Shown here in pieces: positions 36,146-50,900 of a stretch of DNA of 64,000 bases. Position numbers and translations under genes: made by a program. Position 1 is the first letter of the stretch; every line of letters starts with the position of its first letter. The DNA is taken from NCBI RefSeq assembly GCF_026571515.1, contig NW_026867067.1:62001-126000 (forward strand). The letters are read 5' to 3'. This DNA comes from Ruditapes philippinarum (taxonomy: Eukaryota). The notes below the pieces were generated by a model. The model was not told where the DNA came from. It worked only from the letters and a program-made list of their open reading frames with translations, and made no database searches.

Positions 36146-39100
36146 ATGATGACACCTGAATTTTGTTTATTGTTCGGACTGGTGGTTTTCTGCGGAGCGC
36201 TAGGTTTAGGTAAGTTAATTTATTGAGTATTGTTTTTTTCGCAATGTTTTAAAACTCTCCATAAATTGACCTTCAATGACATTCTTTGAACGATTAGGCT
36301 ACTGACGCTAATTCAGCTGTATTCATTCGTGGATATAATTGTTAGTTTTAACTTTATTAGCATTTCACGTTGTCAAAAAAATAGTATTAAAAAAAGTTTG
36401 AAAAAAATCTAATAATTAATTCAACGTCAGGTGAAATAATTTAATTGAAATATACGCGTTTATTTTTACAACAATTGTTATTTATGTTGTTGTTATTGTT
36501 GTAATGTGCAATATCTATACATATAAAGAGACAATTTTAAGAGAAAAAAACAACAAAAACAATTTTCCTAAACTTTGGTTATTTTCCTTTTTTAAATTAA
36601 TGCGTTCAGAGATAATTGTTTCATCTTTTGAATGATTATTATTGATATAGCGTGATAAAAATATAACTTCTAGAAATAAAAATGATATCACTTAAAAAAT
36701 AAAATGAAATAAATTAATATATTGCAGTCATCAATGTACATTTGGTATATACATGTATATTTGGTTAAATAAAAAAAAACAAATTTGTGTACAGTACAGA
36801 TGCGCTGAAACGTTTGGTTGCGTGACTGAACATTTCATATTATCTGCATCGTCGGATATTTTTACTTCTTACCCTTTCCCCACTAAAATGTGTGTGATAT
36901 ACTTGTCTTACTTTGCATTTGGAACACTCCATTGTTAAAATGAGGGGATTTGGTAATGGAATTTTGAAAACTGCCTGAAGAAACTTGTACTAACACATCC
37001 GCTAAGCAGACAAATGAAATTTTAATATGATTATGTACCAAACAATATCGAACTAAAATAAATTTGTATAAACCATACGAATTAGTATTGAGGTGCTTCA
37101 TGAGGGTCTCCTTTGTGTAAAAAAAAAAACAACAAAAAACACTAACAAAAAAAAACACACACACACACACATTCTCACATCTTTTGTACAATTTAATCAC
37201 CTATTGTTAAAACGACTTAACTCTAAAAATAGGACGACTTCGACCTTGTATTTGCATAATTGTATAATATACGACAGTATAGCATGCACTATTTCGTATG
37301 TCATAATTTCTGACCCTTTGTTGGAGCAGAATCTACTACAATTTCGTTAAAGCTTTTATTCACCCAGGAAACCCATTGTTAAACGTTTTTTGAATATGTA
37401 TATGATAATATAGAAAGTCGATCTCCTTACAGATATTTTACCCTAGATAAAAGTTATTGTATTTTTTATTTTGTTATTTTTGTTATTGTTAATATTTATG
37501 AATATTAATTAATATTTAATTCTCTTTATTTCTGACATTTTTGTCTTCTTCAATAAGTCATATGTTTTTACATAAATATAGACTATTGTAAACAATAAAA
37601 TCTAAAATTATAGAAATTTGAGTACTAGTTAACCAAATTTTCGTCTGCTAAGTATATACTATCAACTTCCGGTCGCGAGATGATTTTTGGCTGAGCATTT
37701 TGAATTGATGGACAGGTTGAGTTCATTTATTTATACGTTCTATTCATAATGCGACATTGCTTAAATCAGTTGTGAATTTAAAGAACTTTTAAGTTTTGGG
37801 TTTATAAATAAATTTAATTGTGAATCCTCTGAGAAAGCATCACCATACACATTGTTTAGCCTCGTTTTGTTTCATTTCTTTCATTTTGCCCCGTTTCATT
37901 CCCGCCCTCAAATTCTCTTTCAGTGTTAAAGTGGATATTTGCTTAAATTAAGTGGTCATTTTTATTAGGTAACTTGACCTTGTGACAACATTATGACCAA
38001 AGTTTTCCTATTTAAATAACAATGAAGTGTGTAAAAAATCAAACATACTTATTTCAGAGATTGAATAAATATTATAAATGTCACAAACGAATTTGTGCGA
38101 GTCGGTTCGTGTTTTTACAATCGCTTACAAATGATTTAAGAATGACATTATCAAATTTATAAAAACATGATGTATTAGATACACAAATGAAAGGGAAAAC
38201 GAAAAGACAGAGATATATTTCGCTTTTTGTACGTTTTCCGTTTTGTCTAATTCATCTACATGTATTCATCTTTTTTTCGGTGATTAAAAACTCTCTTGAC
38301 AATAGCAACCATTGATTTAATGGAGTTCAATGTAATTCGCATGCAATCTGTCATTAATTGTGTGTCATTAATTATCGAATCTGGCAAATTGCCATTGATT
38401 TTCATCTACATTTCATGCAGAATTTGTACTCATTGAAACGCATCACGATTGTCATTTCATACACTGTGATACGCTGATTTTCTGAAATGGACTTGCCCAG
38501 CTTCTATTTTCGGAAATGTTTATTATCAATTTTAGGTATATCAAGATGAATTACATGAAGTGTTGTTGCATTTTTGCAAAAGTAACCTGTTTAGTTACAT
38601 TAAGTAATATTTTTTACTTTAAATTCACCGATCTGGTTTTGTTGTTGTTGTTGTTGTTGCGTTTTTTGTTGTTGTTTTTTTTTTTCATTTAGGAAACACA
38701 GTGATAAAATTAACCTGTTTAGTAATAGAAGGTGACATTTTGATCCTTTTAGTTAAGTAAGCGGCTTAATTATTTTGTTGCATAAAATATACCAAATGGC
38801 GTGTTTTGTTACATTAAGTTGCATGTTGTTGATATATACATGAGGTTACACGTTTAAGTGATTTTAAGCTGCTTTAAGTCACCTCTTTTGTTACATAAAT
38901 ACTACAGTATATTTAGTAACTTCTGTTACGTTTAATTCTTGCGAACAATATATTTCAAAATACATGGTAATATTATGAAATACCGCACTATAAAAGTATC
39001 ATTTTGCAATCACTGTTATGCATATGACGTAAATGAAAATGAAATAATTGAAACTGGAATGTAAGGGTGAATCCGATATCAGTAACTCATTGAGTGAATT

Positions 39101-40988
39101 ATAGTGGGATTGAAGATCGATGTACCTTTGACCTTCGTTGACTGTTTTAAATGATAATGCATTTAATAATTTAAAAAGAGCGAATAAACTCTTTACAAAA
39201 GCAGTACATGTATTAATTCTTCCTAAAGTAAGACTTCCTTCAAGTGAGCGGGCCAGCTTCCTGTGGTTGACAAACTGGGGGGAGGGGGGGGGGCTTAAAC
39301 ATATTGCCATAATAATATCAGACATACAGAAACGGTCGTAAATGTAGTATAATTATTTTCTTGGGACTGAAATGTTTATGTTATGTTTTTGTTTGTTTGG
39401 GTTCTACGTCACAACGACACAGTATAGGTCATATCGCGACGTTCCAGCTTTACTGGTGGAGGAAGACCTCAGTTGCCCCTCAGTGCATTATTTCAGGCAC
39501 GAACGGGCACCTGAGTAGAACCACCGACGTCCCGTAAGCTAGCTGGATAGCTTTCTCACTTGAGAGAATCCAAAGTCCCTGTCGGATTCGAACCCACAGC
39601 GTTCGTTATGAAAACGAAACCCCCTGCTGCAGAAATATGAAGTAAGCACACCAGTATCGAAGTAGCTTGAAGATTGCAACCAAGCTTATATATTTTGATG
39701 TACATGTATATATAGGTAATGCACCGAAAATCTGATGCTCTGATACCAACAAACCTTTCTCCCAAACTCAAACTCCTAAACTCCAAACTCCAACCCTCCC
39801 CCAAACTCCACCCCCACCCCCAAAGAACTCTTAACACCCAGTCTCTCCTCTCTTACTGGTACTCATTACATAAAACGATCTGTATTTTTCAGCTGACAGT
39901 GTTAGCTGTTTCGAGTGCTCGAACCTACAGGACAAGAGATGTGGGACAACATTTGACTTTGCGCCCGGCTCAACGGAAGCCAAGGAGAAATATCTGAAAA
40001 AATGCGAGGGAGAATTGACCTTCTGCAGAAAATTGACATATGAAGACGATTTTCAAGGAAAGAAAACAAGTATGTCCATAAAATAGGCGCTCAGTGTTTC
40101 CTCTTTTTCACTCACTTATTACTAGTATTTCGGTTAACTCAATTCTAATAAAGCCTGAATATTTATGTAGTAAAGATGTATGGCTGTACGTTACTGGGTC
40201 TGGGATGGGTTGGGTCTAGGTAAAGGTACAACCTGCCAAATGGAAATTATGCATCTTGGAAATATATTGAGTTTCTCCTTGGTATTTTCATGCACACAGA
40301 GTCTAAACAAGACCGTCTTTGCATAGACAATTGCCACACGTCTGTACAAATAAAGGCAGTTCATTAGGTTGCATAAATTGTATGTAAATGGTGCCACTGA
40401 CTGGCTGACAAGATTGTAATATTGCTCATTCTCACTAGGGCGCTTATTGTTTAATAAGGGATAGTATCAAAATTTGCCGAATGATGGAAATGAGCCTCCT
40501 ACAGGGATGGTTCATAAAATATTCCAAATGAATATCTAAGTAGAGAGAATCTTATGATTGTCGCTAAATTATTTTTTACACTTTTCTTTGGAGCGTAAAC
40601 CAGCCGCTTGAGTCGCAATGCTATACATATGAACCACCCGTAATGTTTACCCTATTATAATGTTAAATACTAAGATACATGTTTATTTTAATATTATTAG
40701 CATTTGCTACGCGGAAAAAAATATATTCCATTCATAATTGCAACACTGTATCATAATTATATAAACCTTTCATTCTTTCCAGACGGTATAGTTGTGTCAC
40801 GATCATGTTGGACCTCCCCGGGAAAGGAAGGATTTGAACCGGAAGTTAAAGAGTGTTCGGAAATGTTCAAAGGTGTAGCATGTTACTGCAAAGGTGATCT
40901 CTGTAATGGGAGTGAACTCGTCCGAGCATCTACTGCAATTTTATTCATTGGATTACTTCCCTTACTTTGTTCACTATTAGGATTTTAA
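36146..40988 (+). CDS. GPI-anchored Ly6/uPAR three-finger protein (quiver/sleepless-like), gene 1, 148 aa
   Basis: Exons 36146-36209 (signal peptide MMTPEFCLLFGLVVFCGALGLA), 39893-40069 (VSCFECSNLQDKRCG...CEGELTFCRK) and 40783-40988 (RSCW...CYCKGDLCNG + hydrophobic tail). Phase-1 GT-AG introns; 10 LU-domain Cys. Confidence 0.92.
39385..39601 (-). mobile_element. RUDI/V-SINE-like element, 5'-truncated
   Basis: B box (ggttcgaatcc on - strand) and conserved central domain ...gtcggtggttctactcaggtgcccgttcgtgcctgaaataatgc..., shared with 47352-47674. Confidence 0.8.
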
Positions 40989-42668
40989 TTATTTTTTTTT
41001 GTATAATTTACTCTAATGCTATGCAATATTAAGATCAGGAACATTTCATATCTTTTTGAAAAGAAATGTTTATTGTATGCAAATTTGTAAAATGTTTGTT
41101 CGATTAACGTACGTAATCACTTTTGTTTTATGATATATGACTTGATGCGAATTATGTTTCTTTCGTTAAAACAGGCACAGTCCGACAACATACGTTCTTA
41201 AAATACCAGTAGTCAGCCCAATACATTTTCTTTATGTGTACACTTATATTGCAAAGTGGTGGTATTATTGAAAGTCGTTTGAAAGTGCAATTGTCGTGAT
41301 TTCATTTATGTATATATGAAATACCGTGTTATATGAAATACCATGTTTTCTCATTGTTTTGGATTCACATTTTGTCATTTTTGAAGCAAATATTTGTCGT
41401 TATTTAAGATTTTTTGTTCTATTTTATGTATTTATATATGTGTGTTATCATGGTAACCAGTGTGTAAAAATAATATTACAAAACAGAAACGACGGTATGC
41501 ACTTTTTCAAACATGTATCAAATGTAGAAAAGTATTATTATAATCTTTATAACTGAGTTTAGTTTATATTTGATATGTGACCACAATAGGTTATACTTGT
41601 TAAATTGTTCAATTGTATAATAAAAAAATCATTGTGCTTTTAGCATAAAGGTCAATGATTCACATTGATCCAAGTCTGGGATTCATTTACTGACTTTCAA
41701 CAAAATTGTACACGAAAAGTAACGCCTTAAGTTTCAAAGTTATTGATACTAGATTAAATAAAAGGGAATTAATAAATGAGAGTATACTCTATTTTCAAGA
41801 TTCAAGGAAGGTAACAAATGATGTATTACTCTTCTCAAAGGGAATGAAATCTATAAGAATTTACATTTTATATTTGCGAATTTTAAAGTTTCATCAGTGT
41901 AAAATCCTTAGTTATGTTACACACATGTAGAGATTATTAATATATGCCGAAATATAAATGCAATTTTTGTCCGAAATTTAGAAATTTATTCACAGATGAC
42001 ATATATATGAATTTAGTTACAATAGTAATTTGCGAAATAAACGAGTTATTATTTTTTAATTTGGAGCTATTCATAGTAGCTTTAGGACTATGATTTCAAA
42101 ATGTCTAATGTCTTATTTTGTTACATAAAATATATGTCGCACCACTTTAGTTGAGTGACACTATGTAATAGCAGCTTTAGTCTATAGTATTATAAAAACA
42201 AAATATTTGATATTTTGAATGGTGTTTGTAATTCTTTCTGTACATCCCCATTTATGTTCAGGACATGATTGTGAATTTATATTTTATTATTTTACGCGAG
42301 TCCAAAGTCAGTGGGAAATAAGTTAGATATTTAGTTTAACCCTGCTGTGTAAAACTATAGTCGTGCTCTCAATAACTATTATTTCTTAGGTCAAGAAATT
42401 GTTCTATCAAAAAACAAAGGAAGAAGGACAAAACTCCACACGCCAAACCCCCACACCTCAATTTTTTAAAGTGGACAAAACCCCACACCTTCTTATTATT
42501 TGTTATAAAACCATACAATTTAATAACAAAAGTTAAGCAATGCGCCAAAAATATAGAGTATCGTCTGGAAGAATGGAGGTGTATGCACACGGCACAGGCA
42601 GGTTATTTTCGTCACTGGTCAATTGTCGTTCTTTCTCTAAACAAAGGGTTCTGATATTATCTTTTTAA

Positions 42669-43020
42669 AGGCCCATTTAGCCACATAAATGATATAATTT
42701 AAATTTTCTGAAAATTTCCTAGCTTGGGTGTCCAGTTTCTAAAAAGTTACTCATTGGCCATATTTCTCGGCCATCTTTTGTTTCTTTGGCATATTATTAA
42801 CAATTACAGTTATAGTGAATAAGTATTTTAAATGGAAGTAAAAATATTACTTTGTTTACATTTTGCTTCATTGATTACAATTTATTTTACATTCAACATT
42901 GCCTTTTTAAGGTGATGAGCATCTTGCATGTTCTAAATCAATTATAACAACATTATTTAACAAATACTTGCCCTTTCTGCATAATAAAAAATTAATTCAT
43001 TACCGAGTCAAAATGTGCCA
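42669..43020 (+). mobile_element. Kolobok-like TTAA MITE
   Basis: ttaa|aggcccatttagcc...aaagttactcattggcc...aatgtgcca|ttaa. Confidence 0.7.
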
Positions 43021-44281
43021 TTAACATTACAAGTTACATATATTTTTATGGATCACCCCCCCCCCCCTCCCCCCTCCCCATTAGGATAAACAATATTTGA
43101 CGAGCTTACAGCAGAAATGCGTGCGCATGAAAATTGTTGAACATGTTTTATCAGTCATAAAAAGTCAGTTTTCTTGTATCCCGGGAGAGGAACTGTGTTA
43201 CATTTCATTGAAACTATACATAAGCCCTTCTTAGTCGGTAATTATAATCATTTAGTTGAAAAAGTGAGTGCAAAGGGAAACGCATTTTTTTTAGAAACTT
43301 CTACGTCTGAGCGGCAGGAACATCTCTCAAATTTATCTACTTGTGTAAGTAAATAAAATAGAGAAGTAAAGAGCATTAAAGGAAAGCAACACTCAAGGAA
43401 CGATGCCTTAACAATTTCAAGTCACGCATATAGTAATGGCGCCCAGTGAAGTACCGTAAGGGACAATTGCACAAACACGTGTAAGCGGCAAAATTGGGAA
43501 AGGTAGTGTGTGGCGCTGCATATGCCTCAACGCCGATAAATGTAGCACTTGCTGCTAAATGCCGCACCATTGCCGCTCAATGTCGCATCCGCCGCTATAT
43601 ACATGTAGGGTAAACTGTTAAATGTCGAACGATTTCCCCTTGCCCTTAAATGTCGCAACACAACCGTTAAAATTAATGTCGCAAGATGTAAATATAGGTA
43701 AAGCCGACGGTGTGACGCTCTAGAATAAGTCACAAACAAGGGGTCCGGGGATATTAAGGAAAGAAGGGAAACAACTCTTACCGTAAACGGCCTTAAGCTT
43801 TAGAACTAAACGTTCAAATAAAACATTCAAAAACACATCTACGTATATAAATAAAGTTATTGCAAACAATACACACAAACAGAAACATTAAGGATAGATA
43901 AATGTGTGAATAGTCACAACTTCAGTAGCTATATTGAATAATCCTATCTAACTCAGTTACGAATTACTTTCCATATAATACAAGCTTGGAAAGTGAGCGT
44001 ATGTAGTTAAACCGTATATAGAATTAGGTCTGCAAATCGTTATTTATTTATATGATCGACTTGTTTTGTAACTAAATTACATCATTTCAGTTTTCACTTG
44101 TCTCATGGGTCCATTTCAAACACATTTTCATCACGAGGTTCCACGTAAACTGTTGGCAAAAAGTCATATTGATCCATGCATGGAGCAGTTAGTATTCCTA
44201 CACTAGTATTTTTGTTGTTGAAGCTAATACAATATCGTGTGATAGATGATAATGTGAAATTTTAAGACAAGAACTATATTT

Positions 44282-44510
44282 GAGCCGCGTCACGACAAAA
44301 CCAACATAATGGGTTTGCGATCGGCATGGATCCAGACCAGCCTGCGCATCCGCGCAGTCTGATCAGGATCCATGCTGTTCGCTATCAGTTTCTTTACTTG
44401 TTATAGGGTCTGTAAGCGAACAGCATGGATCCTGATCAGACTGCGCAGATCCAGGTCTGGATCCATGGTGGTCGCAAACCCATTATGTTGGTTTTGTCGT
44501 GACACGACTC
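44282..44510. mobile_element. GAG..CTC palindromic MITE, TSD ATTT
   Basis: Same family as 24209-24443. Confidence 0.88.
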
Positions 44511-44998
44511 ATTTATCCGTTTTTCTATCCATGGTTATCTTCTGCCGGCGGAAATTATATATTTGGGATATAATCAATTAAATATTTAAAACACTCCCAC
44601 TGCGCGTTTCTCCGCGAATTGATGAGTAAAGCTCTACCACTTCATCAACTCAAATCTAATTTACAAAACAAAAGGACATATATTTCATAAATACTTTTAA
44701 CAATCGAGAAATCAAAAACCGTATACTGTTGGACAATAAACAATGAATATTTTGTCTGCCTGAGTTTCGTTTCATGAGGCATCGAAAACGAGGCAGAAAT
44801 CTTTCAGCAGACGATCTCTTGCAGACGACTTAGCACGCAGATGACGATCGCATCTTTTGTCGGGAAAAAATAATATTTCCCTTTAAGAAATGCTTAAATT
44901 AAAAGTTCATTTGCGTTACAGAAATAAATCTAATTGTCGCAAAATAAGCTGATAAATTTGAAAAAAATAGAAAAATACATATAATTATATGAAAAGAA

Positions 44999-47900
44999 AT
45001 GATGAATCCATTCGACATTTTGTTTCTTTTAACTGGACTTATTCTTATTGCTCAACACCAAGGTAAGTCGTTTTCCTTTTAACGTTTTAGTTTTTTTTTA
45101 TATTAAATTGCATACTTAGTATATAAATACATAATATACAAAAGGGTTTGGCCAAAAGTGTTTACAACATTATCGTGGGCTCTCCCCAACATCAGTTTCA
45201 TAAAGTAAAGATAGATTGATATAAAAGTAAACAAAAGTAACTTTTGATACTATTGTCCCGTCTGTCAGTTGTCTAATTTACAGATTACTAATATGAGACA
45301 AATATGAAAATTACAAATTTTCGTAGTCAGTACATCTATATTTTATAGGGAAAATAACATACATGTAATTTCATAATAAGATGCAGATTTTTGTGACTAA
45401 ATGCACTTTATCTATGTTTCAATGTAAAATATACATGATGAGAAAAAAAAAATATTGGATTGTTTATATAAACTGGTGGGTTATGAGATGGAAATCAGTA
45501 ATCATTTTTCATTTCGTTTCTTTTTTAGAAAATACAGTAACTTTGATACACATAATCGAGATATGTATTTCATTTAAATAGAATAAAAAAAATAGAACTG
45601 TGCAGCTGAGAAATTGAAAGTCTTAAAGTTTAACATTCTGACTTTGAACAATACAGAGTTTTACCGCTTGGAAATTTTCACCTTCAACCAATCAGTTGTC
45701 ATCTAATTCTTGTAATGTTATATCTACTCTTTTTTCTTCTTCAAAAATGAGATTTTTATAACGCTGTGTCCATCCGAACCTTTTTTTCAATTGTGAAATA
45801 TGACGTCATCGGCGAAGATCCCTTGTAAGCAGTTTGGTGCATCCTGGTTAAACCTCGAGCTATTTTGTTTAATTTGATTTGGGCTTAATATATGCATATC
45901 AATATTTATGACATCGTTACTTTCATTTATTATACATTTTATTATATTTACCATCAATTTTCACTGTTACATTATGGATGTAATATTAGTAATGTTTGAT
46001 GCTTGTAGGCCTACATTTTATTTTTAGTAAAACTTAATGCAACATTAAACGCTGACCTTAATTGTGGTTTGTTCTTTTTGGCGTCAACATCGCTACGTTG
46101 TTTCCCTTTGCTTTAGCTATATACAAAACCAAGCAGGTCGGAAAAAGATTTTCATGAATATCTACGCCTGATGAGTACATAGGCAAATTTCCAACGCATG
46201 GCATAAACCGGTGCCCTGACGACAGCGTCTGGGCTGCTAGGATGGCGCCCCTGATACTCCGTAATGCCGGACTTTAAAGCTCCCATATCAAACCGAATTA
46301 AGATCGATTACTAAGAATATCTTTTAACTCTGCTTTATTAACATATTACTGAGTCATTTAAATATAAATTCTAATTAGGGGATTTACTAGCATGCTATTT
46401 ATTCCATCAGGATTATTGTCAAAGAAGTCCGTGAACTTCTCCAGAGATCATTTTATCCAGGATTGGTTAGTACTTATTTTAAGCAAAAAATATTATGTTG
46501 CTCTAGAAATATATTTTAAATGTTAAGCATTCATCATGCGCTCGTGAAAATTCTGCAGGTGCCGGTACCTTCCGCGTCAAATATAAAACAAAAAGCATCG
46601 ACATGACCATGAGCAACCGTTTTGATCTTTGTAAAAAAAAAAGTTTATACAATGTTTTTCGAAAGACCCTAGTTTATTGTATAATCATTTTTCTACAGAG
46701 TTACCTCCCTTCTCAATACAGTCTGTAACTTTAAGGGAGGTAATCGCTGCGTTGAGTTAATGGACTTTGCTGAATGTTTTTGATGGATTTATCCATGCAG
46801 CTTTGAATCTGGAGCAGTCCATTCAAATTATAAGGGATTTCAATATCAAAATACCCAAATTGAACTACCAGGCTCGCTGTCAAACGTATGAGTAACATAA
46901 TTGCATGATTAAAATTTACAACGCGACCGTTTGATCTTTTGCAACGCGACGGTCTTATTTACTGGAAAAGAAACACTTATGACATCAATACCCATTTCAA
47001 ACCTGACAGTATCGTACATACACTCAATTCTTTTCGTCCTCAGCTGATGGCCTTAAGTGTTACAAATGTTCGAGCATTCTCGACTCTGCCTGTAGTGATG
47101 ACTGGGAATTGACGACCTCAGAAGCTGCAAAGTTTGAAGTGAAGTGTTCATCGTCTGCAAAAGCTTGTCAGAAAATTGTGGGGGAAATTCAAGGTTAGTA
47201 CCCTATTTTAAAATTTAGCTTCACGTTAGACTTCTTTTATTTATTTTTACTTTTTATCGGTTTTATGATGATGATGATGATGATTATGATGATTATTATT
47301 ATTTATTTATTTATTTATATTATTTCCTGAATCAACATTAATAGAGAAATTATTTTTTTTTAATGCGTTTATTTAAGGTCGCCGCCGGAAAGCCCATATG
47401 GGCGACCGTACACTCAAGTCGGGTCATCCTAGAGCGTCCCGCCGAGATTTTTCGTCGATTTTTTCCAGCTTTATTGGTGGAGGAAGACCCCAGGTGCCCG
47501 GGTGCTCCGGGCATTATTTCAGGCACGAGCGGGCACCTGGGTAGAACCACCGACCTTCCGTAAGCCAGATGGATGGCTTCCTCACATGAAAGATTTCGAC
47601 CCGAGTGAGGATCGAACCTACAGTGGTGAGTGATCTCAAGTCAGCGACTTTAACCACTCGGCCACGGAGGCCCCTAATAATAGAGAAAGAGCACAGAACG
47701 TGTCATTTATACACTATCTTATTATCGCTCATGTCAATTCGGGAAACTTCGTATATTTCCGTATTTTGTTGCTTCTCATCACTAAGTTGATCTATAATAA
47801 AAACGAAACATGACGCACGACCTCATGAAAGGTGTAAACCTACAAAATATGTTAATTAAAATGTAACAAAATGTTGATTTGGTTCTTTTTAAGGAAAAAA

Positions 47901-50900
47901 AGTTCAATAAAAATACATAGAAAGAAACTGAAAAAAAAGGATTATTACTAACAATCTTATCTATATTACTACATTAATAAATATATAAATGTATTCAACC
48001 CCGAAATACTTAAAAACAGAAACAATGGCTTCAACCAAAAATAGACTGCAAAACAAATGAAATGAATTTTGTATGAGTTTTGGCTTTATAGTGTGAGTAT
48101 TCATCAATTATTAATACACATATCGTCATAACTTTTTAATGGTGCTTCAACATACCACACGGAACATACATCTAAGTTATAGCGCATGCGCGAGATAACA
48201 TGTTATATTTAACTAACAAAAAAATAAATAAAAAAAAAAAAAAAATAAGACGAAAGACAAACATGTACTAGATCTACTTAAATGGCCATTTAAAATGACC
48301 ACTAAAATGGCCGCCAAATTTCTTTATCATAAATGGATGATATATCAAATAAAACTTTTAAGGAGCAGAGTACTATTTTTTTCAGATGAATTTACAAAGG
48401 ACAATAAATACTTGCATACATGTATTCATTTCTCATCTAATAAAATGTAAGCAATGGACTTCCAGTATTTGTGCTATGTGATGTTCCAATATAAATCATT
48501 ATTGGATACAATCTTATCAATAAAGCCTCAGTTTCATTTCCAGAGTCCAAATATTCCGTATCAAACGCATATCGTACTCCATATATCCTCGTTTCCCACT
48601 TCTAGGTCCAAAAATGCAATATCAAATCTTAATTGTACTCTATCTAGCCACGTTTTTAGCTTGTGAGTCCAAAGGTTTCAAATGAAATCCATATTATACA
48701 CAAAATAAGAGTATATTTAATTTAATAAAGCTGTTGATTTTTATCTGAATACTTCCCTCCTTAACATTAATGATGTAAAATAAAGAGTTCATCAAGCCTT
48801 GTTGAGTTATATAGAATTCAGAATTGTACTCTGCAATGTATATAAAAAAGAGGATATTTGTTTGTTTCCACTGAATGTGGAATATAACCCCAGTAAGAAA
48901 TATATTCATGAGCGCAACAGCGAGTGAAAATATATAAAATATTCTCACTTCGGTGTGAGGTTTATTCAATATTCACTACATCCTTTTTATCTTAACCTGA
49001 GAATTGATATTGTTTTCCTACGTTAGAAAGGGCAAACATTAGTTTAATAACATTGAAATTATAGTTAGATGCTTAACACATTAAAAAAATAGCGCTAAAT
49101 ATGAATTTATTTGTCATAAAAGTAACAAAATGTTAACAAAGTAGAATTTTGACTTCCAGACAAAATACTGAATCACTATACTGTAGAAATTGGCAAAAGA
49201 GGCAGCAGAAGCTTAAGATGGTTCGGGTAATTGGTCAATGAATAACGTTTTGAAAACTTCAAGAGGAGACCAAAACAAAAAACAAAAACAAACCTTTGAG
49301 AAATATAGACAAAAGCATTTCTAGGGCAAAATGGGCTTTAAGTAGTAATCTGTATGTCCCAGAGACAAAATCTCACCCAGTTTGTATAACTTTGTGATAT
49401 GACTTATACTTCACTTATATATTTTAAGTATATCACTGAAAAAGATAAGATAAAAAGTTACGCAGTAAAACATGGATATTGATCTACAAGACTATATCAG
49501 TCACAATAGTACAGTCTCAATGAGAGAGTTTAAATAATAATACAAACAATAAATGGTTCATCTGAGAATAATAACTAGTACACGTATTGTCTTATATCGA
49601 TCACGTGTGTTACAACACTTTGTTCCATCCATTAGCCGTTGGAAAAGTTCTAGTCCTGCAGGACTAATAAGACTTGGAATAAAGCGAGGTGGCACCGCCA
49701 TAAAAATGATAAATGAAAGAAGAAATGCATCATTATTTATGAGAAGAGCTTCTATATTTCTATACTAACTGTTTGGATTTTTTCTCGGATTTTAAATTAA
49801 GAAAACAATATGAAATGTCAAGAATCCGACATTGATTTAAGTCGGAGCCTATCTCAGAATAATACATTAATCCCGTCACTTTCATTACAATTACAAATTA
49901 CTTCTTTTAAATTCAACATAGTTGCGACAAAACAATTTTGCAATAATATCTGACGACGATTTTTCAGCATTCAAGCAATTGTCTATTGATGAAGTACGGG
50001 GAAGCTGGAGAATGGGTAGGGTCAGATATCGGAGACCTTTGTATAACATAACTGGACCGTTTTCGGCAAAGCATGTCAAAAGTTAAATTAGTTATTTAAG
50101 TAGTGCTTGAGTAATAAGTAATAACATTATACATCCAAACATTCAACTAAGCATGGGTTCTATCAAACACCGAGAGCATTTATTGGTCGAATTTCATTGC
50201 ATAAACTACCTTGGTTATACCCAGGGGAGGAAATTAACAATAAATAAATAATAATCTTATTTCGGCCTATGTAAATGATTTCTTTGTAATCCAGCTTCCT
50301 TAATCAAATATTAATATGGTGTTGGTGGTTTTTGTAGTTAACCGTCCGGATCACGGCACTATGATTTATGGATAAACTTTAAAGGCTCATTCTGCCTCAA
50401 GAGAAACTTTTAATTCTGTTTTTCAAAAGATTTTTATTTCTGGTGTTTCTTTAAAATTTCTAAATGTTAACTTATTGGCCAATTACCTGAACCGTCTTTT
50501 GCTTCTGTTGCCGTTTGGCAATTAGTGAATTTGTATTGATTTAATAAGTATTTGTATGGACGTCAAAATACTACTTTGTTTACATTTTCGCTACTTTTAT
50601 GACAAATAATTTCAAATTCAGCGCTACTTTGTTTGGGTAATAAGCATTATACATGCTCTCAAACCATTTTGATGGAAGTGTTTCTTCTCTAGGGGAAAAA
50701 CGTTTCTGCGTTTGAGGCATGATGTGTCTTTAATTCTATTTATACTGGCTATTGCATAAATGTTGCTGACGTCATCAGCTCTCTTGTACCTAGCTTGTAA
50801 TTCTCAATTCAAGTACATAATTGATAATATGCTCAACTAACAAGCTCATATATTTTCATTACATAGACAGATGGCGTTTGTCAGAATAAAAGAACGTTAA

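Noticed and set aside
47590-47674. tRNA-like sequence with A and B boxes (also 3670-3745 and 24080-24150)
   Set aside because: No complete cloverleaf; each continues into a SINE body and tail.
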